A program made the translations under genes and the position numbers. From Pseudomonadota bacterium (lineage in GTDB: Bacteria; Pseudomonadota; Alphaproteobacteria; RF32; CAG-239), in the NCBI GenBank assembly GCA_918234285.1, contig CAKJXZ020000010.1, positions 41,452 to 73,451 on the forward strand: a stretch of 32,000 nt of DNA, written 5' to 3'. Shown in pieces: positions 1 to 8,758 of this stretch (position 1 is its first letter; every line of letters starts with the position of its first letter). The notes under the pieces were generated by a model, which worked only from the letters and a program-made list of their open reading frames with translations, did not search any database and was not told the origin of the DNA.

Positions 1-38
1 GTTTATTTATATATATATCTTTTATTTTTTGTAAGTAT

Positions 39-743
39 TTAAGCATCTTTTTTTATTTCATCATTTAACCATAGCGGATTTTTTATATTTTTTTCCAAAA
101 ACGCTCGATGTTCAGCTATTTCCTCGGCCGATAAATCAAAATGTCTTTCAATTATATTTACCTTTGAATTTGTTTTTATTTTATTAATTTTTATATTATT
201 TTCCATGGTAAATAATCCGGAACTTTCATCGCCGTATAATAACTTATAATACACTTCATATAATAACTGTGCATCAAGTAAAGCACCGTGAAAAGTACGC
301 GCCGAATCATCTACACCAAACCTCTTACATAAATCTTCCAATCTATTATGTTGCCCCGGAAATTTTTTACGTGCTATAGCTAAAGTATCTATAATTCTGT
401 CGCTGTCCTCATACGTTTTAAAACCGCATTTTTTCAGTTCCATATTAATAAAATTCATATCAAAAGACGCATTATGAGCTACAAAAATACCGTCATCACC
501 CACAAAATCCACCCATTTTTGCGCAATTTCATAAAATTTAGGCTTATTAATCAATTCTTCATTGGTAATACCGTGAATAGCTATAACTTCTTCCGACATT
601 TCTCTTTCCGGATTTATATATTCGTGAAAAGTTTTTCCCGTCGGAATGTGATCTATAAGTTCAAGTGCACCTATTTCAACTATTCTGTCTCCGTGTTCCG
701 GAAATCTGCCGGTGGTTTCGGTATCAAAGCATATTTCTCTCAT
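39..743 (-). CDS. dnaQ: DNA polymerase III epsilon subunit (3'-5' proofreading exonuclease)
   Basis: 234-aa ORF with DEDDh exonuclease motifs FDTETTG (ExoI), VAHNASFDMNF (ExoII) and HGALLDAQLL (ExoIII-epsilon). Its ATG shares one base with the coaE stop (TAATG), suggesting translational coupling. Confidence 0.9.
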   Translation of the reverse strand: MREICFDTETTGRFPEHGDRIVEIGALELIDHIPTGKTFHEYINPEREMSEEVIAIHGITNEELINKPKFYEIAQKWVDFVGDDGIFVAHNASFDMNFINMELKKCGFKTYEDSDRIIDTLAIARKKFPGQHNRLEDLCKRFGVDDSARTFHGALLDAQLLYEVYYKLLYGDESSGLFTMENNIKINKIKTNSKVNIIERHFDLSAEEIAEHRAFLEKNIKNPLWLNDEIKKDA

Positions 744-1321
744 TATAATATCTCATCCATAAATTGCATTATCTGTACTTTATTTATATTTTCCGGTTCA
801 CCGGTATTTATTATTATATCAGCCATTTCTCTTTTTTCAGTTTGAGAAATTTGTACTTTTATTATTTTATAAAAATCTTCTTCCGATATATTATCTCTTT
901 TCATAACTCTTTGTTTTTGTGTTTCTTCATCTATATCTGCAATTATTATATAATCACAATAAATATCCCAGTTTTTTTCAAAAAGTAAAGCAGCATCAAA
1001 AAATATAACATCGGTATTACGACTGAATTTATTAATAACGGTTTTTATTTTCTTTTTTAAAAACGGATGCACTATCTGTTCTAATTTTTGCAGTTGATAT
1101 TTATTATTAAATACCAAATTACGTAGACTTCTTTTATTAAAAACACCGTTTTCGAAGGTTGTCGGAAAATTTTGTTTTATTATATTTAAAAATTCGGATT
1201 TTTTATAAAAGTCACGTACCCATTTATCGGGATTATATACAACGAATCCCATCTTTTTTATTATATTAGCTAAATAAGTTTTGCCGCAGCCGATGGAGCC
1301 GGTTATACCTATTATTATCAT
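743..1321 (-). CDS. coaE: dephospho-CoA kinase
   Basis: 192-aa ORF with N-terminal P-loop IGITGSIGCGKT and the size typical of CoaE. The coaE-dnaQ adjacency is typical of alphaproteobacteria. Confidence 0.88.
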   Translation of the reverse strand: MIIIGITGSIGCGKTYLANIIKKMGFVVYNPDKWVRDFYKKSEFLNIIKQNFPTTFENGVFNKRSLRNLVFNNKYQLQKLEQIVHPFLKKKIKTVINKFSRNTDVIFFDAALLFEKNWDIYCDYIIIADIDEETQKQRVMKRDNISEEDFYKIIKVQISQTEKREMADIIINTGEPENINKVQIMQFMDEIL

Positions 1322-1351
1322 TTTTTTCCTTTAATCATAAAGTTATGTATT

Positions 1352-1665
1352 TTATACACATATACACCATAAAATGTGTATAAAAAAAGCGCTTAAAAAA
1401 TTTCTAGCAAATTGTATACATATTGTAAAAAAATTAAGAACAGTTATTCACATGTTCATAAAAATTTACACATATTGTTAATTATGTTTATATTTTTATT
1501 AACTATTTTTTAACTTATTGAATCATTAAAAATTTATTAATAAAAAAACATATCAGATATAAACATATTAATAACTATATTTTTTAATTAACAAAAATAA
1601 CAAGGTTATATAATCAATCAAAAATAATTTTTAAATATTTATTTGGGAAAAATTTTTGTGCAAAA
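1352..1665. other. Cluster of DnaA-box-like and CtrA-box-like motifs in the AT-rich coaE-rho spacer (candidate oriC)
   Basis: Perfect TTATNCACA matches at 1352-1360 (+, TTATACACA), 1375-1383 (-, TGTGTATAA) and 1444-1452 (+, TTATTCACA). One-mismatch box at 1657-1665 (-). TTAA-N7-TTAA at 1499-1513 and 1526-1540. Flanking genes are transcribed away from the spacer. Confidence 0.35.
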
Positions 1666-1669
1666 TATA

Positions 1670-1698
1670 TTGACTTTTTGTTTTTTATTAAATATAAA
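1670..1698 (+). promoter_or_regulatory. Putative sigma70 promoter of rho
   Basis: TTGACT (1670-1675), 17-bp spacer, TATAAA (1693-1698), about 55 nt upstream of the rho ATG. Confidence 0.45.
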
Positions 1699-1754
1699 AC
1701 ACTCAATGAATTTTCAATATTCATTTCTTTTTTAACAATCATAAAAAGGTTATC

Positions 1755-3008
1755 ATGCATTTAAGAGAATTAAAAGATAAGTCTCCGACTGAGCTTTTGA
1801 CTCAGGCTGAGGATATGGGAATTGAAGATGCATCTTCCATGCGTGTTCAGGATTTGGTTTTTGCTATTATGAAAAAACTGGCCGAAGATGATACTGTTAT
1901 TTGCGGTGACGGTGTTATAGAGGTTATGCAAGACGGTTTTGGTTTTTTACGCTCGGTAAAATCTAATTTTTTAGCCAGTGCCGATGATATATATGTATCA
2001 CCGCAACAGGTTAAAAAATTTGCACTTCGCACCGGTGATTCGGTTGAAGGTGAAATTCGTGCTCCAAAAGAAAATGAGCGTTATTTTGCCTTAACTAAAA
2101 TAAATACCATAAATTTTGATGATCCTGAAAAATCTAAAATGCGGGTTAACTTTGATAACCTTACACCGCTTTATCCGACAGAAAAGCTTAATTTTGATAT
2201 TATATGCGGCGATAAAGATTATACCACCAGAGTTATTGATTTAATATCTCCGCAAGGTAAAGGTCAACGCGGATTAATTGTAGCACCGCCGCGTACCGGT
2301 AAAACTGTAATGCTGCAAAATATTGCACATGCGATTGCGATGAATCATCCGGAAGTATATTTAATGGTACTTTTAATTGATGAGCGTCCGGAAGAAGTTA
2401 CGGATATGACGCGCTCGGTTAAAGGTGAAGTTATTTCTTCTACATTTGATGAACCGGCAACTCGCCATGTTCAGGTCGCGGAAATGTGTATTGAAAAAGC
2501 CAAACGTTTGGTGGAAACTAAAAAAGATGTAGTAATTCTTTTGGATTCCATAACTCGTTTAGGTCGTGCTTATAATGCGGTTGTACCTTCTTCCGGTAAG
2601 GTTTTAACAGGTGGTGTTGATGCTAATGCTTTACAACGTCCGAAACGTTTGTTAGGTGCGGCGCGTAACGTGGAAGAAGGCGGTTCTTTAACTATTATTG
2701 CCACAGCATTGATTGATACCGGCTCGCGTATGGATGAAGTTATTTTTGAAGAGTTTAAAGGTACAGGTAATTCGGAAATTATATTGGATAGAAAATTAAC
2801 CGATAAGCGTTTGTTCCCTACTATTGATATAACTCGTTCCGGCACACGTAAAGAAGAACTTTTGGTGGATAAAGCCACTCTTACCAAAATGTGGGTGTTA
2901 CGTCGCGTACTGATGCAAATGGGTATGACCGACGGTATGGAATTTTTATTAGATAAACTCAGAAATTCTAAAGATAATAATGACTTTTTCCAAAATATGA
3001 ACTCATAA
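1755..3008 (+). CDS. rho: transcription termination factor Rho
   Basis: 417-aa ORF with an N-terminal Rho RNA-binding region ([21 protein letters not shown]) and Walker [16 protein letters not shown]. Full-length Rho architecture. Confidence 0.97.
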   Translation: MHLRELKDKSPTELLTQAEDMGIEDASSMRVQDLVFAIMKKLAEDDTVICGDGVIEVMQDGFGFLRSVKSNFLASADDIYVSPQQVKKFALRTGDSVEGEIRAPKENERYFALTKINTINFDDPEKSKMRVNFDNLTPLYPTEKLNFDIICGDKDYTTRVIDLISPQGKGQRGLIVAPPRTGKTVMLQNIAHAIAMNHPEVYLMVLLIDERPEEVTDMTRSVKGEVISSTFDEPATRHVQVAEMCIEKAKRLVETKKDVVILLDSITRLGRAYNAVVPSSGKVLTGGVDANALQRPKRLLGAARNVEEGGSLTIIATALIDTGSRMDEVIFEEFKGTGNSEIILDRKLTDKRLFPTIDITRSGTRKEELLVDKATLTKMWVLRRVLMQMGMTDGMEFLLDKLRNSKDNNDFFQNMNS

Positions 3009-3010
3009 TT

Positions 3011-3544
3011 TTATAAGTCTTTATTGCGGCGTAAAAGTATATATAAAGCGCCTTGACCGCCGTGTCTTTCCGACGGATTTTTAAAAACCAATATCATTGA
3101 ACGAATCCGAGGCATATTAAGCCATTGCGGAGTTTGTCGCTTTAAAACTCCTTTCGGTGCGTAAATATCATCATTTTGATGTATATTGCCTTTTCCTGTG
3201 ATCACAACTACGCAGCGTTTACCTTGATTATAGCACGAAGTGATGAAATCCTCGACTTTTTCAAAAGCATCATCTTCCTTATAACCGTGCAGATCAAGGA
3301 CGGCTTCTATCGGAAATTCTTCTTTTTTAAATTTATTGAGAGTATTTTTATCTATGCCACCTAACTCCATATCTTCTAAATTTTTAGAATAAGTGGAAAA
3401 CTCTTGTTTGACGGCGTATTGACGATGATTTCTTATTTTTATCTCCGGTTGAGGTTTATTTTCAACCGTATTTATAATAGGAGATGGATTAATATCTTTA
3501 ATTGTTTCAAGCCAAAACAATTCATCTTCTTTATCGGGTAACAT
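3011..3544 (-). CDS. Smr domain-containing protein
   Basis: 177-aa ORF. The C-terminal half matches the Smr domain pattern (LDLHGY...VVVITGKG...LKRQTPQWL). Stop lies 2 bp from the convergent rho stop. Confidence 0.75.
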   Translation of the reverse strand: MLPDKEDELFWLETIKDINPSPIINTVENKPQPEIKIRNHRQYAVKQEFSTYSKNLEDMELGGIDKNTLNKFKKEEFPIEAVLDLHGYKEDDAFEKVEDFITSCYNQGKRCVVVITGKGNIHQNDDIYAPKGVLKRQTPQWLNMPRIRSMILVFKNPSERHGGQGALYILLRRNKDL

Positions 3545-3546
3545 TT

Positions 3547-4749
3547 TTAATTAACCTTCACTGAAGATTCTTTAGGTAAAATAATGAAATATTTTCCGAC
3601 AGAATTCATACGACCGGCATATTTAAGCGCCTCCTCGCCGTGTCCCCAAAAATAATCGCCGCGTACCACGCCTTTAATGGCACTACCTATATCTTGCGCA
3701 AATACAATTTTATTTATATTACGTTTATCCGGACTTAAAGTATCAAGCCAAAGCATGGAGCTGAGAGGAATATAGCGTGTATCAACCGCCAAACTGCGAC
3801 CGGCAGTTAAAGAAACACCATAGGCACCGAGCGGTCCGTCGGCGGTATTTATTTTTTGAAAAATAAATCTTTCATTTTCCGCCATTAAATCTTGTGCTTT
3901 ATCCGGATTTTTGCGCAACCATTCGCGAATTTTAGGCATAGAAGAATCTTCTGGTTTTATCAGACCTTTGTTTATCAATATACTACCTATACCCTTAAAT
4001 TTATGTCCGTTGTTGTCGGCATATCCGATTCTGATTTCGCTGCCGTCATCCATTTTAGCCACAGCCGAACCCTGAATCTGCATAAAATGAATGTCAACCA
4101 AATCATCACCCCAAACAATTACCGGTGCAGAAATACCGTTGTTTTCAATGTCGCGACGATTATAATAAGGCACAAATTTGTTATTAACCACACGTCCGAC
4201 TAAACGAGTATTAGGTAAATCTTTATCAAAATCATGTAAATTAAGCTCAATTAAATCGTTCGGTTTTCCATAAACCGGATATTTGTATCTGTTGCTTTTG
4301 GTATAAGATGCATTTATAACCGCTTCGTAATAAGAGGTAAATTTTCCTTCAGCTTTACCATTGTCGGTAACGGCATAAGGTATGAATTCAGACTCGATAA
4401 AACTTTTCATCTCAGCCGAGGTTTTAATGTTTTTATTATTGAATTTATTACACTTGTTTTGTAAATCTGCCGCAGGTATTTTTAAGTTTTCGCTGCTGAT
4501 GTAGGTATTTTTACTTTTAAGTATTTGAGTACAGTTCTTTTTAAAAACCGGAATAACTTCGCTGAAATTTTCGCTGTTCCAGCCGGATAAATCGGAAAAA
4601 GCTACTTTTTTTATCTGCATATCACCGGATATATCCGTGATAGCGGATTTTTTAGAACAACCGTTAATATTACATATAATAAGTGCGACAGCAGCAAGAT
4701 TAAGCGCTTTTTTTGGTTGAAACCAATGTCCAATTTTTATTTTTTGCAT
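3547..4749 (-). CDS. mltA: membrane-bound lytic murein transglycosylase A (lipoprotein)
   Basis: MltA/3D-domain signature near the C-terminus (AVDTRYIPL...FAQDIGSAIKG..RGDYFWG). I prefer the start at Met28 of the tracked ORF (4749), which gives a lipoprotein-like signal ...AVALIICNINGC. It still overlaps the upstream gene's end by 50 nt. Confidence 0.82.
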   Translation of the reverse strand: MQKIKIGHWFQPKKALNLAAVALIICNINGCSKKSAITDISGDMQIKKVAFSDLSGWNSENFSEVIPVFKKNCTQILKSKNTYISSENLKIPAADLQNKCNKFNNKNIKTSAEMKSFIESEFIPYAVTDNGKAEGKFTSYYEAVINASYTKSNRYKYPVYGKPNDLIELNLHDFDKDLPNTRLVGRVVNNKFVPYYNRRDIENNGISAPVIVWGDDLVDIHFMQIQGSAVAKMDDGSEIRIGYADNNGHKFKGIGSILINKGLIKPEDSSMPKIREWLRKNPDKAQDLMAENERFIFQKINTADGPLGAYGVSLTAGRSLAVDTRYIPLSSMLWLDTLSPDKRNINKIVFAQDIGSAIKGVVRGDYFWGHGEEALKYAGRMNSVGKYFIILPKESSVKVN

Positions 4750-5353
4750 TGAAAAGTCTTTCAAAAGTCCATACATCGGTGATATTTTGCACAAAGTTTT
4801 CATCACCTTCAATGATTTTTCCGGTAGCATCTTTTAAGATATTTATTTGTTCGCTTTCAAACTCCACAATAACTTTAACACTGTTTTTCAAGAGTTTTAT
4901 ATCTTTTATTTCACTTTTTTTAAAGCAGATAAAATCAACTTCAGAAGTTATATTGTTTTCTTTTCTGAACAGCAGAACTTTATTAAAAGCGTCCCAAATT
5001 TTTTTACTGACCAATCCTTTTATATTTTCGATATTACCGGTGCTGAAAGATTGTAATACCATTTCAAAAACCCGGCAAGCTCCCTGTAAAAATTTATCTT
5101 TATTAAAATCGCCGATTTTATCGGTATTATAGCTTTTATCGTTTGCACTATCAATAGTTATGATTGTATCTTTTTTATTTTCTTTGATTATTTGTTTTAT
5201 ATTTTCCATAACATCTTTATCCGTATTATCAATAGGTTTTATAATAACGCGGATATTTTTTTCGTTACCGTGCGAACCGAATGCCGCGTATAAACGAGAA
5301 ATAATAAAAACAACGAGAATCATTAAAAAGATTATATCAATAAAAGACACCAT
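4700..5353 (-). CDS. Tim44-like domain membrane protein
   Basis: 217-aa ORF with an N-terminal TM helix (IIFLMILVVFIISRLY) and a C-terminal region resembling the Tim44-like domain. It sits in the conserved alphaproteobacterial neighbourhood secB / Tim44-like / mltA / smr. Confidence 0.7.
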   Translation of the reverse strand: MVSFIDIIFLMILVVFIISRLYAAFGSHGNEKNIRVIIKPIDNTDKDVMENIKQIIKENKKDTIITIDSANDKSYNTDKIGDFNKDKFLQGACRVFEMVLQSFSTGNIENIKGLVSKKIWDAFNKVLLFRKENNITSEVDFICFKKSEIKDIKLLKNSVKVIVEFESEQINILKDATGKIIEGDENFVQNITDVWTFERLFNAKNKNWTLVSTKKSA

Positions 5354-5483
5354 TTTATTTATCCTAAATTTAGTTCTGCTACAAATATAATAACAAAAAA
5401 TTTTTTAATCAACATAAAATATTTGACGTATTTAAATTTTAGTATTATTTGTATAGAAAATTTTGCAAGAAAAGGAGAAAAAA

Positions 5484-5972
5484 ATGGCAAAAGAAGAAAA
5501 AAAGGAAAATACCGTTAACGTTGAACAACCTGAAGGTATTATGATTCACAGTCAATATGTTAAAGATATGTCTTTAGAAATTCCGTTTGCACCGGAAATT
5601 TTCAAAGAGATGAATCAAAATCCGAATGTGCATATTGATATCAGCTTAGCTAACAGATCCATCGAAAAAGATATTTTCGAAGTTGCTTTGACCGCAAAAA
5701 TCAATGCTGATTTGGGCGAAAAGAAACTCTTTATTTTGGAATTGACTTATGCTTGCTTGGCAACAGTAAGAGTTCCGGCCGAACATTTGGAACCGATATT
5801 GTTTGTAGAATTACCGCGCATGTTGTTCCCGTTCGTTCGCTCGATTATTGCCAACAATATGTCGGAAGCCGGATTGCCGGCAATGCTTATCAGCCCGATA
5901 GACTTTATTGCTCTTTATAATGCAAAAAAAGCTAAAGAAGCTGAAAAAGCCGAAAAAGACGAGAAAAAATAA
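5484..5972 (+). CDS. secB: protein-export chaperone SecB
   Basis: SecB-like sequence (IHSQYVKDMSLE.P.AP...LFPFVRSIIAN....GLP). ATG at 5484 is preceded by AAGGAG at 7 nt. The tracked TTG at 5463 is probably too far upstream. Confidence 0.85.
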   Translation: MAKEEKKENTVNVEQPEGIMIHSQYVKDMSLEIPFAPEIFKEMNQNPNVHIDISLANRSIEKDIFEVALTAKINADLGEKKLFILELTYACLATVRVPAEHLEPILFVELPRMLFPFVRSIIANNMSEAGLPAMLISPIDFIALYNAKKAKEAEKAEKDEKK

Positions 5973-5987
5973 GAAGAATTTCCGACG

Positions 5988-6458
5988 ATGCGTTTAGCAT
6001 TATATCAACCGGATATTCCGCAAAATACAGGCACGCTCCTTCGTTTGGGAGCGTGTTTGGATTTGGCGGTGGATATTATAGAACCATGCGGATTTTTATT
6101 TAATGAAAAAGCCATGCGCCGCGCCGGAATGGACTATTTGGAATTTGTAAAATATCGTCGCCACGATTCTTGGGAGGATTTTTTGGCTTATCGCCGGGGG
6201 AATCCGCAAGAATACGGGCGAATTATATTATTAACCACCAAAGGAAATATTTCTTTTTTGGATTTTGAATTTAAGCCTAATGATATTATTTTAATGGGGC
6301 GCGAGAGTGCCGGTGTGCCGGAAAATGTGCATAATTTGGCCGATGCTCAACTGCTTATTCCGATGAATCCGCAGGCACGCTCGATTAATATGGCGGTTTC
6401 CGCAGCCATGGCCGTAACCGAGGGTTTGCGGCAAATCGGCGGTTTTCCCAAAATATAA
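5988..6458 (+). CDS. trmL: tRNA (cytidine/uridine-2'-O)-methyltransferase, SpoU/TrmL family
   Basis: 156-aa ORF with SpoU-TrmH motifs (LYQPDIPQNTGTLLR, LLMGRESAGVP, IPMNPQARSINMAVSAAMAV). Confidence 0.82.
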   Translation: MRLALYQPDIPQNTGTLLRLGACLDLAVDIIEPCGFLFNEKAMRRAGMDYLEFVKYRRHDSWEDFLAYRRGNPQEYGRIILLTTKGNISFLDFEFKPNDIILMGRESAGVPENVHNLADAQLLIPMNPQARSINMAVSAAMAVTEGLRQIGGFPKI

Positions 6459-6485
6459 CAAATCGGTGGTTTTCCCAAAATATAA
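6432..6485. repeat. 27-bp tandem duplication (2 copies) spanning the trmL stop codon
   Basis: CAAATCGGCGGTTTTCCCAAAATATAA (6432-6458) is followed directly by CAAATCGGTGGTTTTCCCAAAATATAA (6459-6485), with one substitution. Confidence 0.9.
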
Positions 6486-6492
6486 AAAATAA

Positions 6493-6521
6493 TTGAACAG
6501 TTTTGCTTTTTGTGGTATATT
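6493..6521 (+). promoter_or_regulatory. Putative sigma70 promoter of the 348-aa orphan gene
   Basis: TTGAAC (6493-6498), 17-bp spacer, TATATT (6516-6521). This places the transcription start downstream of the tracked TTG start at 6510. Confidence 0.45.
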
Positions 6522-6542
6522 CCCCACAAAGGGATAAAGAAG

Positions 6543-7589
6543 ATGATTGATTATATTTATTCGCCGCGTTTGGTAATTGCTGCAAAACGCGATTATGCGG
6601 TTGAAGGAAATCTGTTAAATGCCGCATTTATGAGTGCCGTTATGCATGACGGCGATGCCGTGCGCAAGTTGGTACATAATGCCAGAATGGAAGGGCCGGA
6701 TATTATGCGTTCGCTTTATCGTTATTATGCCGAGCATCGTGATAAAGAAATTTTGTGGAACGAAATTAATAAAATAAATGAAAAATCGGTAAATTACGGT
6801 GAATGCGGTATTTATGCCGATACGGATAAAAACGGCAATAAAATAATTTATGATTACGGTTGCAGTTTGCGCGGCGGGGAATCGTTTTGGGCTGATTTAT
6901 CTTATTATGATAAAAGACATAATGTGTATAGCGGCAACAACGAGCAAAAAAACGTCAGTGTGGCCGAAGTTTTAAAAGATACAATCAACTTTAAGACTTA
7001 TGTGCAAAACAGGCAGCCAAAAACTCCGAACGAAAAACTTAATTTGCTGTTGCAAAATCTGTTTTATGCCAAATATTACGGCGAAAAGGAGTTCAACGAA
7101 GCGACTTATCATAAGGCGTTGCAACTGCTGAACAATGATTTGGAAAATGCTTTTGCTGCAAAACAAAAACTAAAATCCAAAGATTATATGCCGGCGATAA
7201 TTTTTTTAGATGAAAAATCGACGCAGGTTTTTGATAAAGTTGATTATTCAAGGCAACGTGTTTTTTATAAAACCCAAATCGGACAGGAAATTTTGCGTTT
7301 CGGTTATTTGACCGCGCTCGGTATTTATGAATTTGAGAAAGAGCCGATGCACGAGTTTTTGGATGAGGTAAAGTCGCAAGATTTATGGCAGGTGGCACAA
7401 AGTGTCATTACCCGAAAATTTGCGCATTGGGGATATCGCAAAAGCGTGGCGGCGAATCGGTTGTTGGAGTTGAATATAATAAAACCGCAACCACGGGAAA
7501 GGCTTTATAAACCTTATTATCAAGCCGATACGGAGCGGGCGGAATATATTAATTTATATCTTTACACTAAAACAGCTGAAAAAGAATAA
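6543..7589 (+). CDS. hypothetical protein (no family recognised)
   Basis: Long uninterrupted ORF. ATG at 6543 follows an AAGGG/AAGAAG purine tract and the promoter above. No recognisable motifs. The 3' end overlaps the convergent dgkA by 23 bp. Confidence 0.65.
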   Translation: MIDYIYSPRLVIAAKRDYAVEGNLLNAAFMSAVMHDGDAVRKLVHNARMEGPDIMRSLYRYYAEHRDKEILWNEINKINEKSVNYGECGIYADTDKNGNKIIYDYGCSLRGGESFWADLSYYDKRHNVYSGNNEQKNVSVAEVLKDTINFKTYVQNRQPKTPNEKLNLLLQNLFYAKYYGEKEFNEATYHKALQLLNNDLENAFAAKQKLKSKDYMPAIIFLDEKSTQVFDKVDYSRQRVFYKTQIGQEILRFGYLTALGIYEFEKEPMHEFLDEVKSQDLWQVAQSVITRKFAHWGYRKSVAANRLLELNIIKPQPRERLYKPYYQADTERAEYINLYLYTKTAEKE

Positions 7590-7932
7590 TCGCGGCAACA
7601 ACAAAGAAGTGTACGAAAGCCATTAAAACCAGCAGACTGCCTATATCTTTGGCTTTTTTGGAAAGCGGGTGAAATTCTTCGCCGATGCGGTCGATGACGG
7701 TTTCAATCGCCGTGTTGATTAATTCCATAAATAAAATCAAAAAAAGTGAGAAAAACAGAAAAGCCAAAGCCACGCCGGAAAGTGGTAAAAAACAAAGAAC
7801 GAATCCGCACAACGTGCAAAAAAGCAAATCCTGACGAAAAGCGGCTTCACTTAAAAAAACCGCGACAAAGCCGTCAAAAGAATATTGAAAAGCCTTTAAG
7901 ATACGCTTGATTCCGGTGTATTCAGATTTCAT
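7567..7932 (-). CDS. dgkA: diacylglycerol kinase (prokaryotic DgkA family)
   Basis: 121-aa three-TM protein with DgkA motifs (AFRQ......ELINTAIE.V.DRI..E.H.LSK.AKD.GS). GGAG RBS upstream. Confidence 0.85.
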   Translation of the reverse strand: MKSEYTGIKRILKAFQYSFDGFVAVFLSEAAFRQDLLFCTLCGFVLCFLPLSGVALAFLFFSLFLILFMELINTAIETVIDRIGEEFHPLSKKAKDIGSLLVLMAFVHFFVVAAIILFQLF

Positions 7933-8012
7933 TTTCTTCTCCGTTTTTTATGAGTATATAAAGCTGTTTGCCGCAGTCAAGAAAAATTTGCGGTTTAGAA
8001 AATATATCTTGC

Positions 8013-8041
8013 TTGACAAATGAAATAATACGTTATATCAA
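8013..8041 (+). promoter_or_regulatory. Putative sigma70 promoter of the 126-aa orphan gene
   Basis: TTGACA (8013-8018) followed by TATATC/TATCAA candidates at 15-17 bp. It shares the 13-mer TTGACAAATGAAA with the promoter at 8805. Confidence 0.4.
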
Positions 8042-8093
8042 TGCGCCGTTATTTTTATTTTTTATAAATTTTGAAGATTATAATTTTAAATAT

Positions 8094-8474
8094 ATGGAAA
8101 AACAAAAATTGAATGTCGGCGACATCGTGTTGCGTAACAACGAGTTTTCATCGCCGAAAATGCCGATTAAAGCCAAGGGAATTGTGCTGAATCAAAAGTT
8201 TTACGTTGATTTGGATTCGCTGATTAAAACTCCGATATCCAAGGAGGAAGCGTTGGTTTACGGTCGCAAAATGAATATTCTGTTGCCTACCGAAAGGCAA
8301 ATGAATGTGATAAAGCGCAATATTAACGTGATAAATGAAAGCTTGCTCGGAATCGGCCGCGGCGATTGTCTGTTGTTTTATGACCATATTCAGGACGAAT
8401 TTTGGACCAGGCGCAGTGAAGAAACCGGCAGTGAGAGGCGACGCGTTTTGTTTATTGCCCCGATAAGAAAATAA
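8094..8474 (+). CDS. hypothetical protein (126 aa)
   Basis: ORF from ATG 8094, downstream of the promoter and therefore not the tracked start at 7968. It ends at a strong bidirectional terminator. No family recognised. Confidence 0.55.
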   Translation: MEKQKLNVGDIVLRNNEFSSPKMPIKAKGIVLNQKFYVDLDSLIKTPISKEEALVYGRKMNILLPTERQMNVIKRNINVINESLLGIGRGDCLLFYDHIQDEFWTRRSEETGSERRRVLFIAPIRK

Positions 8475-8511
8475 AAAAAATCGTATCCGGTTTAAGGATA
8501 CGATTTTTTTT
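8473..8511. terminator. Bidirectional rho-independent terminator
   Basis: A-run, then 9-bp stem ATCGTATCC / GGATACGAT with a 7-nt loop, then T-run. Confidence 0.8.
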
Positions 8512-8535
8512 GTTCGCAGTATATGTAGCAGCTTT

Positions 8536-8673
8536 TTACCAGCGCTGCATATAATTAGCATCTTTCCACCACTCGGGGTCGAAGATTTTGCATCCGAACA
8601 ACTTCTTCCCTGCCATCTGACCAAGAATGCCGGCAATCACGCCAAGCAACATAAAAATAATACCTTTTTTCAT
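8536..8673 (-). CDS. possible 45-aa small membrane protein (or non-coding transcript)
   Basis: Not in the ORF track (under 60 aa). MKKGIIFMLLGVIAGILGQMAGKKLFGCKIFDPEWWKDANYMQRW has one hydrophobic helix. It has its own promoter (8759-8787) and uses the 8473-8511 terminator, but there is no Shine-Dalgarno upstream of the ATG. Confidence 0.3.
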   Translation of the reverse strand: MKKGIIFMLLGVIAGILGQMAGKKLFGCKIFDPEWWKDANYMQRW

Positions 8674-8712
8674 ATATATATGGATAATTTGAAATTTTGT
8701 ATCGTTTCAACA

Positions 8713-8726
8713 GTACCCAAGGGTAC
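8713..8726. promoter_or_regulatory. Perfect 14-bp palindrome GTACCCAAGGGTAC in the 5' leader of the small minus-strand transcript
   Basis: Read directly. It has the same GTAC-N6-GTAC spacing as the apices of the long hairpins at 20.6-22.4 kb. Confidence 0.5.
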
Positions 8727-8758
8727 AATAATTTATAAAATATAATAAACTGAGAGAG

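Noticed and set aside
1499-1540. The two TTAA-N7-TTAA motifs as independent evidence for CtrA control.
   Set aside because: In DNA this AT-rich such motifs are expected by chance at an appreciable rate. They are used only as weak supporting context for the origin hypothesis, not as a stand-alone call.
1-5400. The left ~5 kb (dnaQ, coaE, smr, mltA, Tim44-like) looks more AT-rich by eye than the r-protein, alaS and secY region, which could suggest foreign origin or a chimeric assembly.
   Set aside because: The genes are core alphaproteobacterial genes in conserved local synteny. Higher GC in highly expressed or conserved genes is normal in AT-biased genomes. I could not compute composition rigorously.
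6432-6485. Whether the direct repeats here could be a CRISPR array.
   Set aside because: There are only two abutting copies with no spacers, and no cas genes. It is a simple tandem duplication.
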